Origin: Amoeboaphelidium protococcarum X5
Taxonomy: Eukaryota > Fungi > Aphelidiomycota
NCBI GenBank assembly: GCA_023515725.1
Contig: JALDTO010000025.1
Coordinates: 16,539 to 80,538, forward strand
Length of the DNA stretch: 64,000 bases
Direction: 5' to 3'
Made by a program: the position numbers and the translations under genes. Below, piece by piece: positions 14,391-28,425 of the stretch. The notes under the pieces were generated by a model. That model did no database searches and had not been told where the DNA came from. It was given only the letters and a program-made list of their open reading frames with translations. The first letter of the stretch is position 1; each line of letters begins with the position of its first letter.

Positions 14391-17300
14391 ATGACAATAC
14401 TCAAGTTGAACATTAAGAGTCTGGTGAACTTTGCCAAGCAGTCAAATAATGAACAAGGATTCAGATGCTTATTCATAGCCTTGGTACTGGAGTATATTTA
14501 ACGTGAGCAGACCAAGGATGGTAATGGTGATGATGATGATGCTGGCACCTCGTATAATCTTCTCGTTGAATTCTGTACCGAACTGTCTCACGTGGTGCTT
14601 CCAGTCCTGAATGATGTGCAGTTATGCAATGAAATACTTTAACAATGTCAGCAAGAACTTCCGTCATTAAGTGAGCCGTTATATGAGGGCTTTCTTCTGA
14701 AATTGATCGCGTTTCAAGACGTGAAACTGCTTCAGGTTCTACTGGAATTCTTTCTCTCCACTGATCTACCGGCGTGCTTATATGGGCTTTAACTTTACGG
14801 TCGTGATGACTGTATTAATGCGCAATTGTTCCATCGGTCACCTCAACTGCGGCCTTATTTGCAGCAGTCAGGACCGCTGTAATTGAAGTTACTGGAGTGT
14901 TCATTAATTTTGGAATCTTACAATGGTTTGGAGTCCATTTAGTACTTGATTGAACGCGATTTATGGCTTATAGATACTTATCTGATGGTGGAGATGCTTC
15001 TAAATTCCTTATGTGATCCTGCTTAATTCAAAGTAATATCTCAAGTAATTTCGATGCTTGGTGCTCTGAATTTACATATCGATGGTGAGTAGTGTGTCGA
15101 GATACTGGACATATTGCTTGAATTAGAGTTTCCTCCATAAAATCTTTGTGATCATTTAATATATTCAATTGCTATTTAGAAAGTGAATCTTGACATCATC
15201 CAGGTGAAAAGATTTACATCCTTCTCCAAAGATGCAAGTGTATTGTACAAGTTTGTTGAGTCATATTACCATGATATACTGGTTATGAATTCTAATATCG
15301 TGACTGGGTCAAAGCGAAAACGGCCGGATTTGTCTATGAGTCTTATAGCCTGTATACTGCCTTTTTGCAATGATTCTGAGAAGAGCTAATGGGAGGAGTA
15401 ACTTTAAGATGGTCTTATGGAATAGTCTGATTAGATGAAGCTGCATGATTTGGATGCTATTTGCTTAACACTTCTGAAATCGGACGTTAATATCTCTGAC
15501 AAGTTAAAGGAGGTGTTATGTTTAAAGATATCTCATTTGATATCAATGTGCACAACTGAGTCTCATTAATATGCAACGCTTTTCTTGGCTCTTCATGGAT
15601 CTAGGGCTATAATTTAGAATGCATTAGCTGATCATGTTCCTGCTGATGTTCGATTAATTTTTATCAATCATTTGAAAAAGAGATTTCATGTTGATTATTC
15701 TGATTATAAAGCAGAATCAGAATACGTATTATGTGCTCTTGCTGGTTCTTTGTCTTTCATGATTCGGGAGTAGAATTAAATATTGTGGTAGTGCGCAGTT
15801 TGTGATGGTAGCGGTAATAATATTTAGTTGCTTGCACTCTCTGAGACCTAAAAGCTTCAGATTATTTCATCATGTAAACAAAAGCTGTTTTATAGATCGT
15901 TAAAGCATGGGGCTGAATGGACCGTTGAAGATTTGTTGAAGATTGCCAGTTCTAGCGTATAAAATGGTAAGGCTCATCAGCGGTTTATATTGAATGCTCT
16001 TGCAAAGATTTATTTGAGGTCTGCTGGACCGGCTGTCACAGGTGCTGTGGAGTGATGCAAAAGCTAGCCAAGTTCTGAAAAGACGCTACTTTTATACAGA
16101 TTCTTTAATAATCTGAGCCTGGGTCAAGTTCTTCATCAGTCCGACTGGATTCAGTGGCTTGCTTCGTTTGGTACTGTCAATTCTGTCGATGATTGCTTGT
16201 TAATGTCCGCTTTTGATACGCTAAGTAGTAATTATGATCAATTGCTAATGGCATTGCCGCCTGTATTTGTCAAGATGTTGACAGCTAGGGAGGATAACGA
16301 GATGGCCATACGCTATTTTCTGGATGCTTTTCTGTATCATCATCAGTTTGATGAACGTGCTCTTAACATGCCATTTGTGTGTGCCCAGCTTGTTTTTATG
16401 AGACATGGGAATTCCTTGAATAAGTTGGTTGCAATTATGTCTAGAGGAAGCGTTGTGTAACTTCTTGGAGCATATGTGCCTGATATTCTGGCTTATATCT
16501 TTACTCGTGTACAGGATGATAGTCGATAGAAAGCTCTGCGATTCTTCGAGGAGTGTATCAACTCCTCCACATCTGAGACGTAAATATCTCTTGCTGATAT
16601 AGTCAGACCATATTTCTAGCAAATGGTGTCGAGAATCTGTTGGTATTTAAGTGATCAAGATGCTGTTGTTGCAGCCGCTGCACTGGATTAATTGAAGGCT
16701 GTGGTGCATATGGTCGCACCTAATGTAACTGACTATATGATTAAATTGACCGAGTGTTTGCTTGCGCTAATCTTTCATTTGGCAGTGTCTGTTGTGCAAA
16801 ACCAGCATGTATCAAGGTAATTTAAATTACATTCCATCAGTTCGTTTGCAAAGTTCTTGAGACTATTGGCGGGCAAAATTGATACCTATTCACTGCAATT
16901 GTTCAATTTAGTTGATTAATGTAAAAAGCACGGATTTGATACTAGCTCTATTTGGGAGTCTTTTATTGACGGCTTCAGCTGCGATTTGTGCCGCGAGAAC
17001 GTTTGCCAGCTGCTTTGTGGATATTTGAATCTTCCCCTAGGTACTGATAGCAGATTATCATCTGATTAAAAGACGTACCTGGATCTTCTATCTAACAAAG
17101 CTTCTATTTAAAGCAGCAAGACCGGTTCGTATATAGTGTAAAATGTTATGAAACTACGTGGCGTGTATGGAGAACTAACGTCTAATTTTTCCAATGATGG
17201 GACTTTGTATGATGATGTTTTCAATATTATTGGCACGTAACATAAGAACGTGACCGCCACAGTATTGCAGTTGCTTTCGCGTGATATTATACGTATGAAC

Positions 17301-20300
17301 TTAGTGAGGTATGTGGATACGAGTGAGCTTGCATCAAGACTTGTGCTTTTGACTAAAAATTTTCGCTGGTCGGATGACGATCTGGTCGTTAACTCTATAC
17401 TCAGAGATGCTATTTCTATGCTCAATGAATTGGTTTATCAGCAAGATGTCCAAGCTTTGGAGACGAGCAAGTCGTAGAATTTCATATAAGTGCACATACT
17501 TGCGGATTAGGAGAATGCAAAGTAAGTTGTGCGATATATTATGGCGATTATAACGTCATTCTTGATACCGCCTTTGACTTCTGCTCGCGATAGCAAAACT
17601 AATGATCGTTATTCATTCGTGATTCAAGAGCTGCTGTCTGCTACGGGCTTTAAGAATATTCAGTAGATATAGTCGTCGAGTAATACATCAATTATATCTC
17701 ATGTCTGGAGGAGTTTGAATCATAAGGAATCGGAGATACTTTTACCGCTGCTGGCGTCGTAATATCATATGCAGTTAGGTAGCACTTAGGTTGACCTGTC
17801 GGAGTATGTCTTTGAAAGTCCTAAATCGTATGCTGATTTCCTTCGTGTAATGGTGAACACGCTTATCAATATTTTGACTTCATCTCTATTAAGGCGCATT
17901 TTCTGGCCATTTAAGGCTCTGTTCACTGCTCATTTTGTTGATGCAGAGATTGCTTTGACGTTATTATCTAATCTGGCTAGATGTGTGATGACTCAAGGAG
18001 TAGCGTATGTCAACTTTCTCACTGTTCATTACAAAAGATTTTGTGGTGCAAAGCCTTTATCGATGTCTGCGGACGATTATTCCAAGTGTCTCAAGATGTT
18101 GTTTGACGTTTATGATCAGATTGTTGGCTTCAGTTTCTCCAGTATGTTTTCTGTTAAAAATGGCGAGCTTGATTAGTGCATTGTAAACTTTATGAATGGT
18201 GTTGATGATTCTCTCATTGTATCTGCTTCTAAGCAGTATAATGACTATTATAGATTATAGAGGCATAGTGAGAAACTACTGTAGGGGAAGCTATAGCCTG
18301 ATTTGGTGCTGTTGAATAACTTACTGTCTGCGCAATAGAATCTTGGTTCATCTGATGATGTCTTGTATCTGATACAAAAGTGCAGGGAGAATGATTCTGC
18401 TATCCGCGGACGATCTGATGTGTCCTAGATGATCATGTGCTACACTGCTCAGTAAGACGTGTAGCTCATCTCTTAGATTGCTAATTCATGCCATTCTGAG
18501 TTGAAATCGCCTGATATTATCAGACTTAGATTAGCTGCTGAAGATTATGAGGGTGTCAGTAAGATCCAGGATGATGATGTAAGTGATTTTGTTGTTGAAG
18601 CAGCTGCTCATTTATAGAACTGGGATTTGGTCGATGACAAGTTCTAACATAATTAAGCTAATAATGAACGCTTTAAGTTGAGAGGACATTTTATTCGTTT
18701 GTTATCCTTATTCAAAGTTGGTCATTAGGAGAAGTTATACGAATAGTTACAACTGAATGACTTCAATGTGTCGAATAGTCTGTTTAAGTGTAAGAAAGAG
18801 GAAACTCCGTTAGTTCTCTTTGAATCCCGGGTCTTATCGAGATTGTAAAAGCTTATCAAGGGCGAAACTGTCGATTGGAACCAATGCTTTGATGATGACA
18901 TGTTGTACTTGTCTCACCATGGCATTGATACGCTCACTAAGTTAGAGTCTCTCAAGCTTTGGGAACTATGTACACGGAATCTGAGCCTTGATCGAGAGTT
19001 GGAGTCATCTATTTGCATTTAAAAGTGTAAACTGTTGCGGAAAGCCAATTTGCCATAAGTTGCATTGAAATCGGTATTGTCCATAGATGCTTAAATGCAA
19101 AATAGCGGTTTACTTCTTGAGTTCGCAAAAGTTCATGTTGCCGTAGGGAAGCCGGATATCGCTATCAATGAGTTGAGATAGTGTATTGCGCCCAAATTAT
19201 CCCAAATAACAACTCAGAAGGGATCACAGCCGAATGACCCATTTGGATCACTATGTATGTACCAGACAAAGTTGATGCTCCAGTACTATCCGGAAAATAG
19301 TTCTGAAATTCGTTCTTTACTGGCAGCAGCCAAAAAGTGCCTGCCCAAGTCGGAAAAGTTGCTGCATACTTTTGGCTCCTACGAGTTGTCTCTGCTTAGT
19401 GCATCTAAAGACCGGTTCGAGCGAGCATTGGCCGATTTCCCTAAAGGCAAGTCTTTGAAAAGTCAAGATTCAGAAATTCACTAGTATTTCCACAGAATGG
19501 TGGCCAACATGTTTACTGCTACTCGAGCGTATTGTCTAGCTGCTATTTACGGATCTCAGCATATCTTTGAGTCACTTCCAAATGCTATCTAACTTTGGCT
19601 TGATTTTACCGAAAGATAACAACTGTTCCTGGGAATTAACGATGCTATATCCAAGACGTATCATGAGTTTTATGATCAGTTTCTGACTACAATGATAAGT
19701 TTTGTGTAAAGAGTCCCCGCATACAATTTGTTGGTCAGTCTATCTCAGATTTAGTCTAGGCTGACACACTCTGATGAAAAAGTTTGGGGTATTTTGAGAG
19801 ATATGCTGCTCAAGCTTTTGCGCGAGTTTCCTGATTAGACACTGTGGCAGTTGATAAGCTCTTACAAGTCATCTTCCAAATTGCGTGTTAGTAGAGTATA
19901 AGAAGTATTCAATTCCTCAAAAGAGTAGTCTACGAAAATAAAGGTATGTGTTAATATATGATGATAAGGCTGACGTTGTATAATATTCACTATGTAGAAT
20001 TGCAAGAGCTTGGTTGATTTAATCTTCGTCATGGCTTATTCTAAAAAGTTCGACTCCAAATCCAAGTTTAGTATTGCAAAGGAATTTCCCGAGTTGAAGA
20101 AGTTGTGTCCTATCAACCTGGCCATCCCAATCTAGTCAGCCCTGACTCCTCTACTACCACCCAAGAATTTCTCGGGAAGCAATTGGCGGCCATTTTAGGA
20201 CAATCTGGTGTATTTTGACTCTTTTGAAGACGTTGTCGAGTTACTGAACAGTTTAATGAGGCCAAGAAAGCTTAAAGTGAGAGGCAGTGATGGCAATCAT

Positions 20301-21484
20301 TATACTCTGCTTTGCAAGCCTGGTGATGATTTGAGAAAAGATCATCGCGTCATTGAGCTGTTCGGTGTCATAAATAGTCTATTTGGAAAAGATTCTGATT
20401 GTACTCAACGAGATCTAGGTAAGGCTATATGTTATGAGCCATTTGCTTATTGCTCGGGATTATTACTTGAAATTGTGTAGGCATCTTGACTTATGCTGCG
20501 ATTCCTTTGAGTGAAAGCTGCGGTCTCATTGAATGGGTGGATAATACTTGTACTTTTCGTAAAGCACTCGAGCATTACTACTCCAAGAATTAGCGAAGTG
20601 ACCTATCGGCTTCCAAGTACACAAAGTGGAAAGAACTGGGTAAAGGAGCAACTGCACTGACAAAGTATTATAAAGAGACTCTGCTTCCAATGTTCTCACC
20701 TGCTGTGTTCTAATAGTGGCTTTTCGAACGCTTCGTTGATCCACCGTCCTGGTATCGTGCTCAAAAGAGATGGACTCGCTCTGTTGCTGTGATGTCTATT
20801 GTCGGATTCATATTTGGTCTCGGCGATCGTCATTTGGAAAACATTCTGGTGCAGGAAACCAGTGGTCAGGTGTTACATGTAGATTTCAACTGCCTGTTCG
20901 ACAAGGGACTGCTACTGGAGTATCCTGAACGGGTCCCTTTCAGGTTAAGTCAGAACGTGGTGGCAGGCTTTGGTTTCTGTGGCGTGAATGGTACATTCAG
21001 TAAGTCTTGCGAGCTGACCATCCAGATGTTACGGAAACACAAGGAGACTATCTTGACAATGTTGAGCACCTTTGTGCATGACCCCCTGATTGAGTGGTCT
21101 AGTAGTAGCAGTAGCAGGAAGGATAAAGCACAGCAGCTGACTGACAACCACTACATGATGGCGAATCGTGTTGTAAGGACAATATAGCGGAAATTGGATG
21201 GCTATCTTGGATTGCTCTATGAATACTAAGAGGCGGAAAAGGTTCACAATAGTGCACATATCAAAGCTGTTGTTGCTTATACTGGTGGAAAGAGTGCGTC
21301 TTCTTCCTCATCAACATCCGCGGCCTCCTCAAACAAGAGCCACACTCTGTCTGATGACTAATTCCCGTACAAGTACGATGTCAAAGCTTTATCCTCACAG
21401 TAACAAGTTAAAGAGCTCATTTCCATGGCCACTGAAGAAGTTAATCTCGCCAGAATGTGGATAGGCTGGAATGCTTTCATGTGA
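14391..21484 (+). CDS. MEC1: PIKK kinase ATR/Mec1/Rad3 (2326 codons; one in-frame TGA at 16053)
   Basis: SLMRPRK, LCKPGDDLRKD, GLGDRHLENIL, HVDFNCLF, PERVPFRL, FATC NLARMWIGWNAFM*. Introns 19944-19997 and 20419-20480. The frame is open from 14391 except for TGA at 16053-16055. Confidence 0.88.
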
Positions 21485-21647
21485 TTAGAATGCTAAATGT
21501 GAACACCATATGTACTTATCGAATGCAATAATTTATTCAGGTCATTGTTATTACACTTTACATAGCAATACTTTTGATACTATAGCATATCACATACCAC
21601 ATGTAGCCATTATATACAGTCAGTCAGTCAGCAAGGCATTCAATCAT

Positions 21648-23240
21648 TCATTTATGCTAGTCAATTCTCTTTACATATTCACCTAAATCATGATACAGTT
21701 CAATCAAATCAGTCCGGTTCAAACCATGCACAGCCATTGAGAGAATGGAAGCCACCGTGACCGTATCATATTCTTTAATGAAGCTAGTATAATACATGAA
21801 CGTGAATATCCCCATAATAAACTGACAATCCATGCGGTCTGTAACACCACCATGTCCAGGGATAGAATCACCAAAATCTTTCAACTTGAACGCCCGCTTA
21901 AATCCACTGGCAAAGAATCCGCCAAATACAGCTATAAGACTCGCAAATGTGCCCAGTATCACAGCATGGAACTGCAGCGGTGCAATCGATATAAACTTCC
22001 AATCTTGACGAAATATGTGCTGGCAGAGGGATTGCAGCACTGGAGACAACTTGTACGAGACGGGAATGTACACGGCATTCTTCACACAATCATTCTGTGT
22101 CCACGCATTCATAAACAAGTTCCGCACGGGACAATATAGATATGGATACACTGTGATGATGCGTGCATAAAGCAGCGATGCCACCAGTGTAAATACAAAT
22201 CCAAAAAGAAAACCTTCCCAAGTCTTTTTCGGACTCACTTTGATCAATCGAGTCCTACCAAAGAAGAATCCTCCAATATAAGCCATAACATCATTAGTGA
22301 TCACCAGCATGACAGGTAACAGAAACCATCCAATGTTAGCATGCAGAATGGTCAATATAATGAAATTTGGTGGAATAGTCACGAGGAGTAGAGTCATATG
22401 AGTCCAGAAGAACTATAGAAACTAAAACTTATAGTGACCCTTCTTGAGATTAGTCACAAAGAACATTATGCCTACACAATAGAACAGATAAGAGTAGAAG
22501 CGATGGTGTGTAGCCAGAGACTATAGAAACGCATCTTGTATCACGTAGTCATTGAAGAAGTTGAACGCCGTCTCTCCATACAGGTAGTAATTGGTAACCA
22601 TTAGGAAATACCAATTGATAAGTCTGAACCAAGGCAACTTCTTCTCTTTAGAAGGCACCCAGGCAATAGATATAACTTCCTTAAACACCAGCGTACTAAC
22701 ACCCACTATCAGTAGAATTATAGCCATGGGACCGGAGCAGATTATCACAGCGAACGTGCTCAGCATGATCACAGTCCAAACAGTGCGCGTCCACCAGTTC
22801 TACCATCGAGTCTGCTGCGGCATCTCAGTCAGTAGGGGACCATACATCTCGGCATTTTTACTACTCACGCCACTCCGATTATTATTATGGTTATTGCTAT
22901 TATTATGAGTTGGCAGATTCAATTTGGAACTAGAGGAGCGGGGAATACTTTAAACAACAACTTGACTGTTTTTACCATCATTCGCCACAAAGTCTTCTTC
23001 ATCAAGATCCTTATTGTGCACTCGTCGCTTCAACATCTATCCATGCAACTATGACTTTTCATGAACTGAGCTGTATACCTCATCACCATCACCACCATCA
23101 TTATAGTAATCTTCGTCTTCTTCATCTTCAGTGGAAGTATAGGGGATGAACTTCTTATCCACAGAGACCGCCTTCTTCCGCCTACTCGCCGAAGGACTCT
23201 TTGCTCTAAGCGGTGACTCTACTTGAGACTTTCTAGGCAT
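21648..23240 (-). CDS. CDS1: Phosphatidate cytidylyltransferase (CDP-DAG synthase)
   Basis: SPKKTWEGF, FGGFFASGFKRAFKLKDFGDSIPGHGGVTDRMDCQ. Confidence 0.95.
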
Positions 23241-23639
23241 TACTTAAACTAGCTTGATACCTCAAGGTATAAAAATTAGGCTAGAAAATTGAATGTAAAA
23301 CCAGCAAAATAAAGGAGATTTGCTGAGATAGCAAAGACAAAGAATACTAGTTCACGCAGTGTTATTGAATGTTGTGGAATAGCCGCGCGATACAAAGCCA
23401 CTCTCTAAATTCATTCAGCCCAAGTCAACACGACAAATTACGACGCGTCAATTCATCTCCAATGCGAGATAGAACGAAAGAACGAGCTCAATAACACGCA
23501 GCTCATTCTTTCTTCTATATTTCCTTTTACTTTTCGTAATCTATTACAGTACAGTACAAAGAATAGAATCAATTTTTGTGGTGTTTTTCCACCTATAACA
23601 AAGTTTATTTATTTAGCTATCATTACTAGATTAGGAAAA

Positions 23640-25850
23640 ATGACGACTATTGAGGAGCTGAATAGAGAGTTGCTACTGCTGCCTTAGTATAGACGATTCA
23701 TTGCGGAGGAGCCGTATATTAAACCAAAGAGGAAGGAAGTTTTGAAGAAGTTTATTCATAAGGTTAAATATGGCACTGATGGTAGTATTATAGAAGGTGC
23801 TGATGAGTAAGATGATGCTGAGGCTGAAAGGACTTCCAAGAACCACGTTAATGCAGCAGAATCTCATGAAAGTATTCTAATGAAGAGTGACGATAAATAG
23901 TAGAATACAACATCTGAGTAAAAGAAGATTAAATTATAGTCATCGTCACAGTTATAATAAGAGAGTAGAGATTAATAGAAATAGGAGGATGATCATGGCG
24001 ATGAAGAATTAGAGGAGGAGGATATTGATAATAATGCTGACGGCAAATAGTCAGAAGATATAAAGAAGGAGACTGTGGAATCTATAATGAAAAAGATTGA
24101 AGAGTTACAGGAGAAGAAGCATTAGTATTTTGACATGTTTAGAAAGATGTTGAAAACTACGTCTTCTGATAATGTGGCTGCGTAAGCTTCTACTACGGCA
24201 TCCGATTCTGTGATAAGATCTGATCGAGAACGGTCATAGACGCCGTCAGTAGCGCATATTCCACATTCTGGTACTCTGCCTCAATCATAGAAGCCTCTCG
24301 CTGGTGACACTACAAGTGCTGGTGGAGATAAAGTCCAAGGTTGGGCTGGAGATTCTGTTCCATCTACTCCTAAAGTTGAAAATGCTCTGGATGGCCAAGA
24401 TTCCGAGTTTGGAGATTAAAAGTAGTAGTAGTAGTAGTAATATCAGTAGTATCCTTACTAATAGTATTAACAAAAATAGTACTTGAATCGTCCTGTTCTT
24501 GGATACCGAAAGCCCAATTAGTGGCATTAATAGTAGCAGTCTCAGTATTATGGTGGTTACTATCGGCCATAGTCCTAATAGCAATAGTAGTAGTAATAAT
24601 AACAATAGAGACCTCTGTATGGAAAGCCTGGTTATCTGTAACGTCCTGCATATGCTGTTAGACCTCCTTCTGATTAAGCCTCTGCTGGCGGTATTCCCAA
24701 TATTTAGAATTAACAATATTCAGCGTAATAGCGTCAATAGCAATAGTATTCACAAGGTTACAAATCGCGTAGTGTTTCCAGAGATTAGAGATCTGCTTCT
24801 ATAGCTCCCAGCGTTTTTGGACAGGAGACTACTGATTAATAGTAGCAGACTCAATAGAGTCAATCTCAATAGCCTTAGTCTTAGTAACTCTAGCAATAAT
24901 AGTAGTAGTAGTAGGAGCCGCGCCCACCTGGTTATGGTAGATACGGCTAATATCTGCGTCCAAATTTCGCTAGACGTCCACCTGCTGCTATGGGTAGTTA
25001 ATATCGTCCTGGTGCTTAACAGTAGTAATAGCCTTGGTAGTAACGCGATAAGCAGTAGAATTATTACTCTTAGTAATAATAGCAGGGAGTTCGCACGAAT
25101 GATAAATCTACTTCTGCTTCTGCTGCTTAGAATGATAACATCCGCATGGACACTGATAGTAATTAGGCTGCAGCAGCTGATTAATCTTTTAGTGGATAGC
25201 AAAAGGTGTAGCAGTAATAGTAGTAGAACCCGGGAACTACTGCCGCAAGTGGTCAGAGGCCTTATCCTTAGGCACACAATAGAGCACCCTCATATCCTAC
25301 CTCTTATTAGAATTACCCGTAATCTAGACCTCCGTACCAAAGACCATCTATGCAACAACGACCTTATTCTTAGTAGTAGTAATCCTAGTAATAATCATAG
25401 TAAAATCCTTCGTATGGCTATCGCCAATAATACTAATAACATCCCGCTGCTTCTGCGTATAATAAACAATAATAGCAATCATAATATAATAATTCACGTG
25501 CTGTACAGAGAAGCAAGACTACTGATGGTTATTAATCGACATCTACCACTAATTCCGGTGCTGCTGGTTATCAGTAGAGCCAGTATCGTCCTCCACGCCC
25601 ATCAATGAATTATTAGCGTCCTTAAATGTAAGGTTATCACGGGCAGAGTAGAACGGGACCTGTGTAATAATAGTCGCAGTAGTAGCAGTAACAGTAACAG
25701 TAACAGCCACCGTAGTCGTAGTAACAATAGACTGCTAAACCGTTCATGTCCTCCAAGCAAAGATGGAGTTATGATAGTAGAGCATATGGTGCCGGTGGTG
25801 CAGGTACAGGTGGCATTGATTCTTAGAATAAGAGCGAGGATAAAAGTTGA
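23640..25850 (+). CDS. Q/S/Y/G-rich low-complexity protein with GPS2-like coiled coil (736 aa)
   Basis: Open frame with TAR=Gln. ETVESIMKKIEELQEKKHQYFDMFRKML resembles the GPS2 segment EQILKLEEKLLALQEEKHQLFLQLKKVL; long prion-like C-terminus. Confidence 0.55.
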
Positions 25851-25982
25851 ATGTGTTATAATAATAAAAAATTTGTGATAATAGTGTGAAGTGATATTAA
25901 GAATTTTTCACTCAATTGTCCATTTACAGTAAAAATCATTCGTATTATTCAGTCAATAATAGTCACATTGAGAGGTAACGAA

Positions 25983-26586
25983 TCAAAAATCTTCCATCTG
26001 CTTCAAAGTATGGTCAAGCTCAGCCTTGGTAGCCTCGTATTGCTTCTTCACCTCTTCATACTTTTGACGCAGCAGGTGAGTCTCACTCTCCAGCTGGGCA
26101 GCTCTGCGCTCATTAGTCTCTGCAGTTACTTCAAACTCACGAATCTGATCGTTCAACTGCTTCAGTCTATTCTCCTAGTTGTCAATAGACTGCTCCAGAT
26201 CCTCAATCTTCTTATTCAGAGTATCAGGATCACTTGCCAACAGAGCCTGTTACTGAGTCTGAGAAGGACGTTTGTTGCTGTTGTTGTTATTACCACCACT
26301 AAACTTGTGCAACTACTGAATTCTGCTCTCAGCTCTAGCCAAATCACCCTCCAACAGTACAACCTTATTCTTGACTGAAGTCAACTCATGTTCTACAATA
26401 TTATTAATCGTCGTAAAGTATCAATAACTGAGAGTTATTTATCATGATAATGAATATGCATTGAATACCTTTGTTGGCAATCTGCTGCTCGGACCTTTTC
26501 AAATCCTGCTCAGCACCATCAGCTCTGACATTAGCCTCATCAGCCTCCGTACGCAGAGTGTTCAATCTCTCTTTCAGCTTTTCCAT
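25983..26586 (-). CDS. TPM1: Tropomyosin, fungal Cdc8/Tpm type (175 aa)
   Basis: MEKLKERLNTLRTEADEA...; intron 26393-26468; C-terminus KYEEVKKQYEATKAELDHTLKQMEDF*. Confidence 0.85.
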
Positions 26587-27027
26587 AACAATTACTATTA
26601 TGATTAATAATTACACAGATAACAACAAGTTATGTTCAATGGATTAGGAAGAAGACGATAAGCGGGCCGTTTCAAGTTCAAATTCAAGGCTGAGTGAGAA
26701 CGGACGAAAAGATGAAACGGAGAAGAAGTTGAAACTGTCTCTCTGCTTTAAGAATAATCAAATCTGCTTTAGATGGAATTACTACCGCTTTGCTGCACAG
26801 ATGAGAATGAATAGAGAAAAGAAACGCCCATGTGGGTGCCAGTGAGTAATTAAAACGAATGGAACTCTCATTATTTACAGTGAATGAGAGAGATGGGAGT
26901 TGCGTGTTTCAAATAAACTGAACCGAAAGTAAAGACGACTTATAATCACATTACTAGCATTACTTTATAAGATTTACAATTTCCTTTCAATTATATACAA
27001 ACTCGCGCGTTAAATAATACATAGATT

Positions 27028-28425
27028 TCAGCAAGGTTGACTAGATAGAAGATGGAGAGCACTGATTGCATCCAGTTCATTCTCGTTCATAGACTTTACT
27101 ATGCTTTGAGATACGCGCTCATCTAGCAGAGACGCGGATTACATAGCGAAAGAAGGTAGAACTTCAGTACTGTTATTTTTAAGCTATCTGTATGACTATC
27201 CTTGTACACGGCGACTACCAATTAAATTCAGCGAAGTTTTCGCGCGAACACGCCCATTGCTGTCAGTCACAGCACGCTTCATCGACTAACTTGTTGATCT
27301 CGAGCTTCCCGTAGAAGTATATCTTACATTTAGTAGTGCCATCATATTTGGTCTACCCTCATGATGCCAAGAGCTGGATCTCTTTCTCTTGTGTCCTTCA
27401 CTGTCACAACTGCTTGAAACAGTGCATCTGCGGCTGTGTACAGACACTGAAGGAGTGGAGGCAGATGCTTGAGTATCAGAACCGTCACGCAAAGATTTTA
27501 CAAAGTCCATAGTAGTTGGCATAGATAACGGAGGAAGTTCTTGTTTTATGGCGATAATACCATTGCCATCATTTAAAGCACTTTTACGCGCCATAGCATT
27601 ATTCAATAGTCCTTTAAATGATCCATGGCTTCCCAAGTATGAGCGAAATACAAACTCTTTCAGGCGTGGCAACTGATTAACAAGATTATACTCACCCTCG
27701 CGATAAATAACATCATACAGACGTAGCACGGGAATGCAAACGGTTACATCTCCATCATAAACAAACTCTGATCCATTTTCAGACGAATCAACTGGCTTCA
27801 CAGGTTAAATTTTGGCAAATTGCATTTGACTCAACTCGTACAGTTACAGAACAAGGCCAGATTTCAAGGATTTCAAAAGCGACTTATCGCTGTATTTACC
27901 GCCACTTCCAAAAGCAGTAGGTACCGAAGACGCCGTAGTTGTTCTGGACCGCGACCCATTCAAATAGCTCTTGTAAGGTGCTGCATGCACAGTCAAAGAT
28001 CTAATGCGAATATTACTATGCTTACCATCATCAGATCCAGTGTCCATCTCATCATCAAGTTGATTCAACGAGGTGACTGATCGCTTGCGACTGAAACCAA
28101 AATTATTCGCCATGCTACCGCCATATTGGACAATGTCCCCAACTTGGACAACAGCCTCATTCGCCAAAACTATAGATTAAGGATATTTCGTAAGTTATTC
28201 CCCAGCGCAAAGTGATTATAATTACTAGGAGAGTACCATTTTGTGAGAGCGATTCTGTTGACTGACGCCACTCGCACCGTCGGCCATTTCCACGGGTAGC
28301 CATGACATTGACTTGCTGATTGACGGCAGTTGAACAGAGGAAACAGGCTTCAGGGACCAAGGATGCGGAGACGCTCTTGAGGATTCCGTAGGAGTTGGAA
28401 GACTGTGAATGGGCGCAAAATTCAT
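27028..28425 (-). CDS. Hypothetical Ser-rich protein (465 aa), possible transcriptional regulator
   Basis: Three ORF-track fragments join in one frame via TAR codons; basic KRKR stretch; short motifs PNMMALLN and ELDAISALHLLS. Confidence 0.6.

Noticed and set aside
16053-16055. Selenocysteine reading of the ATR TGA
   Set aside because: ATR is not a known selenoprotein, the context is not redox-like, and no SECIS was recognisable in the short 3' region.
24285-25608. Long S/N/L-rich ORFs in the track (e.g. 24817-25608 +, 24750-25277 -)
   Set aside because: Off-frame or antisense shadows of the TAG/TAA-rich Gln tracts in the 23640-25850 gene.
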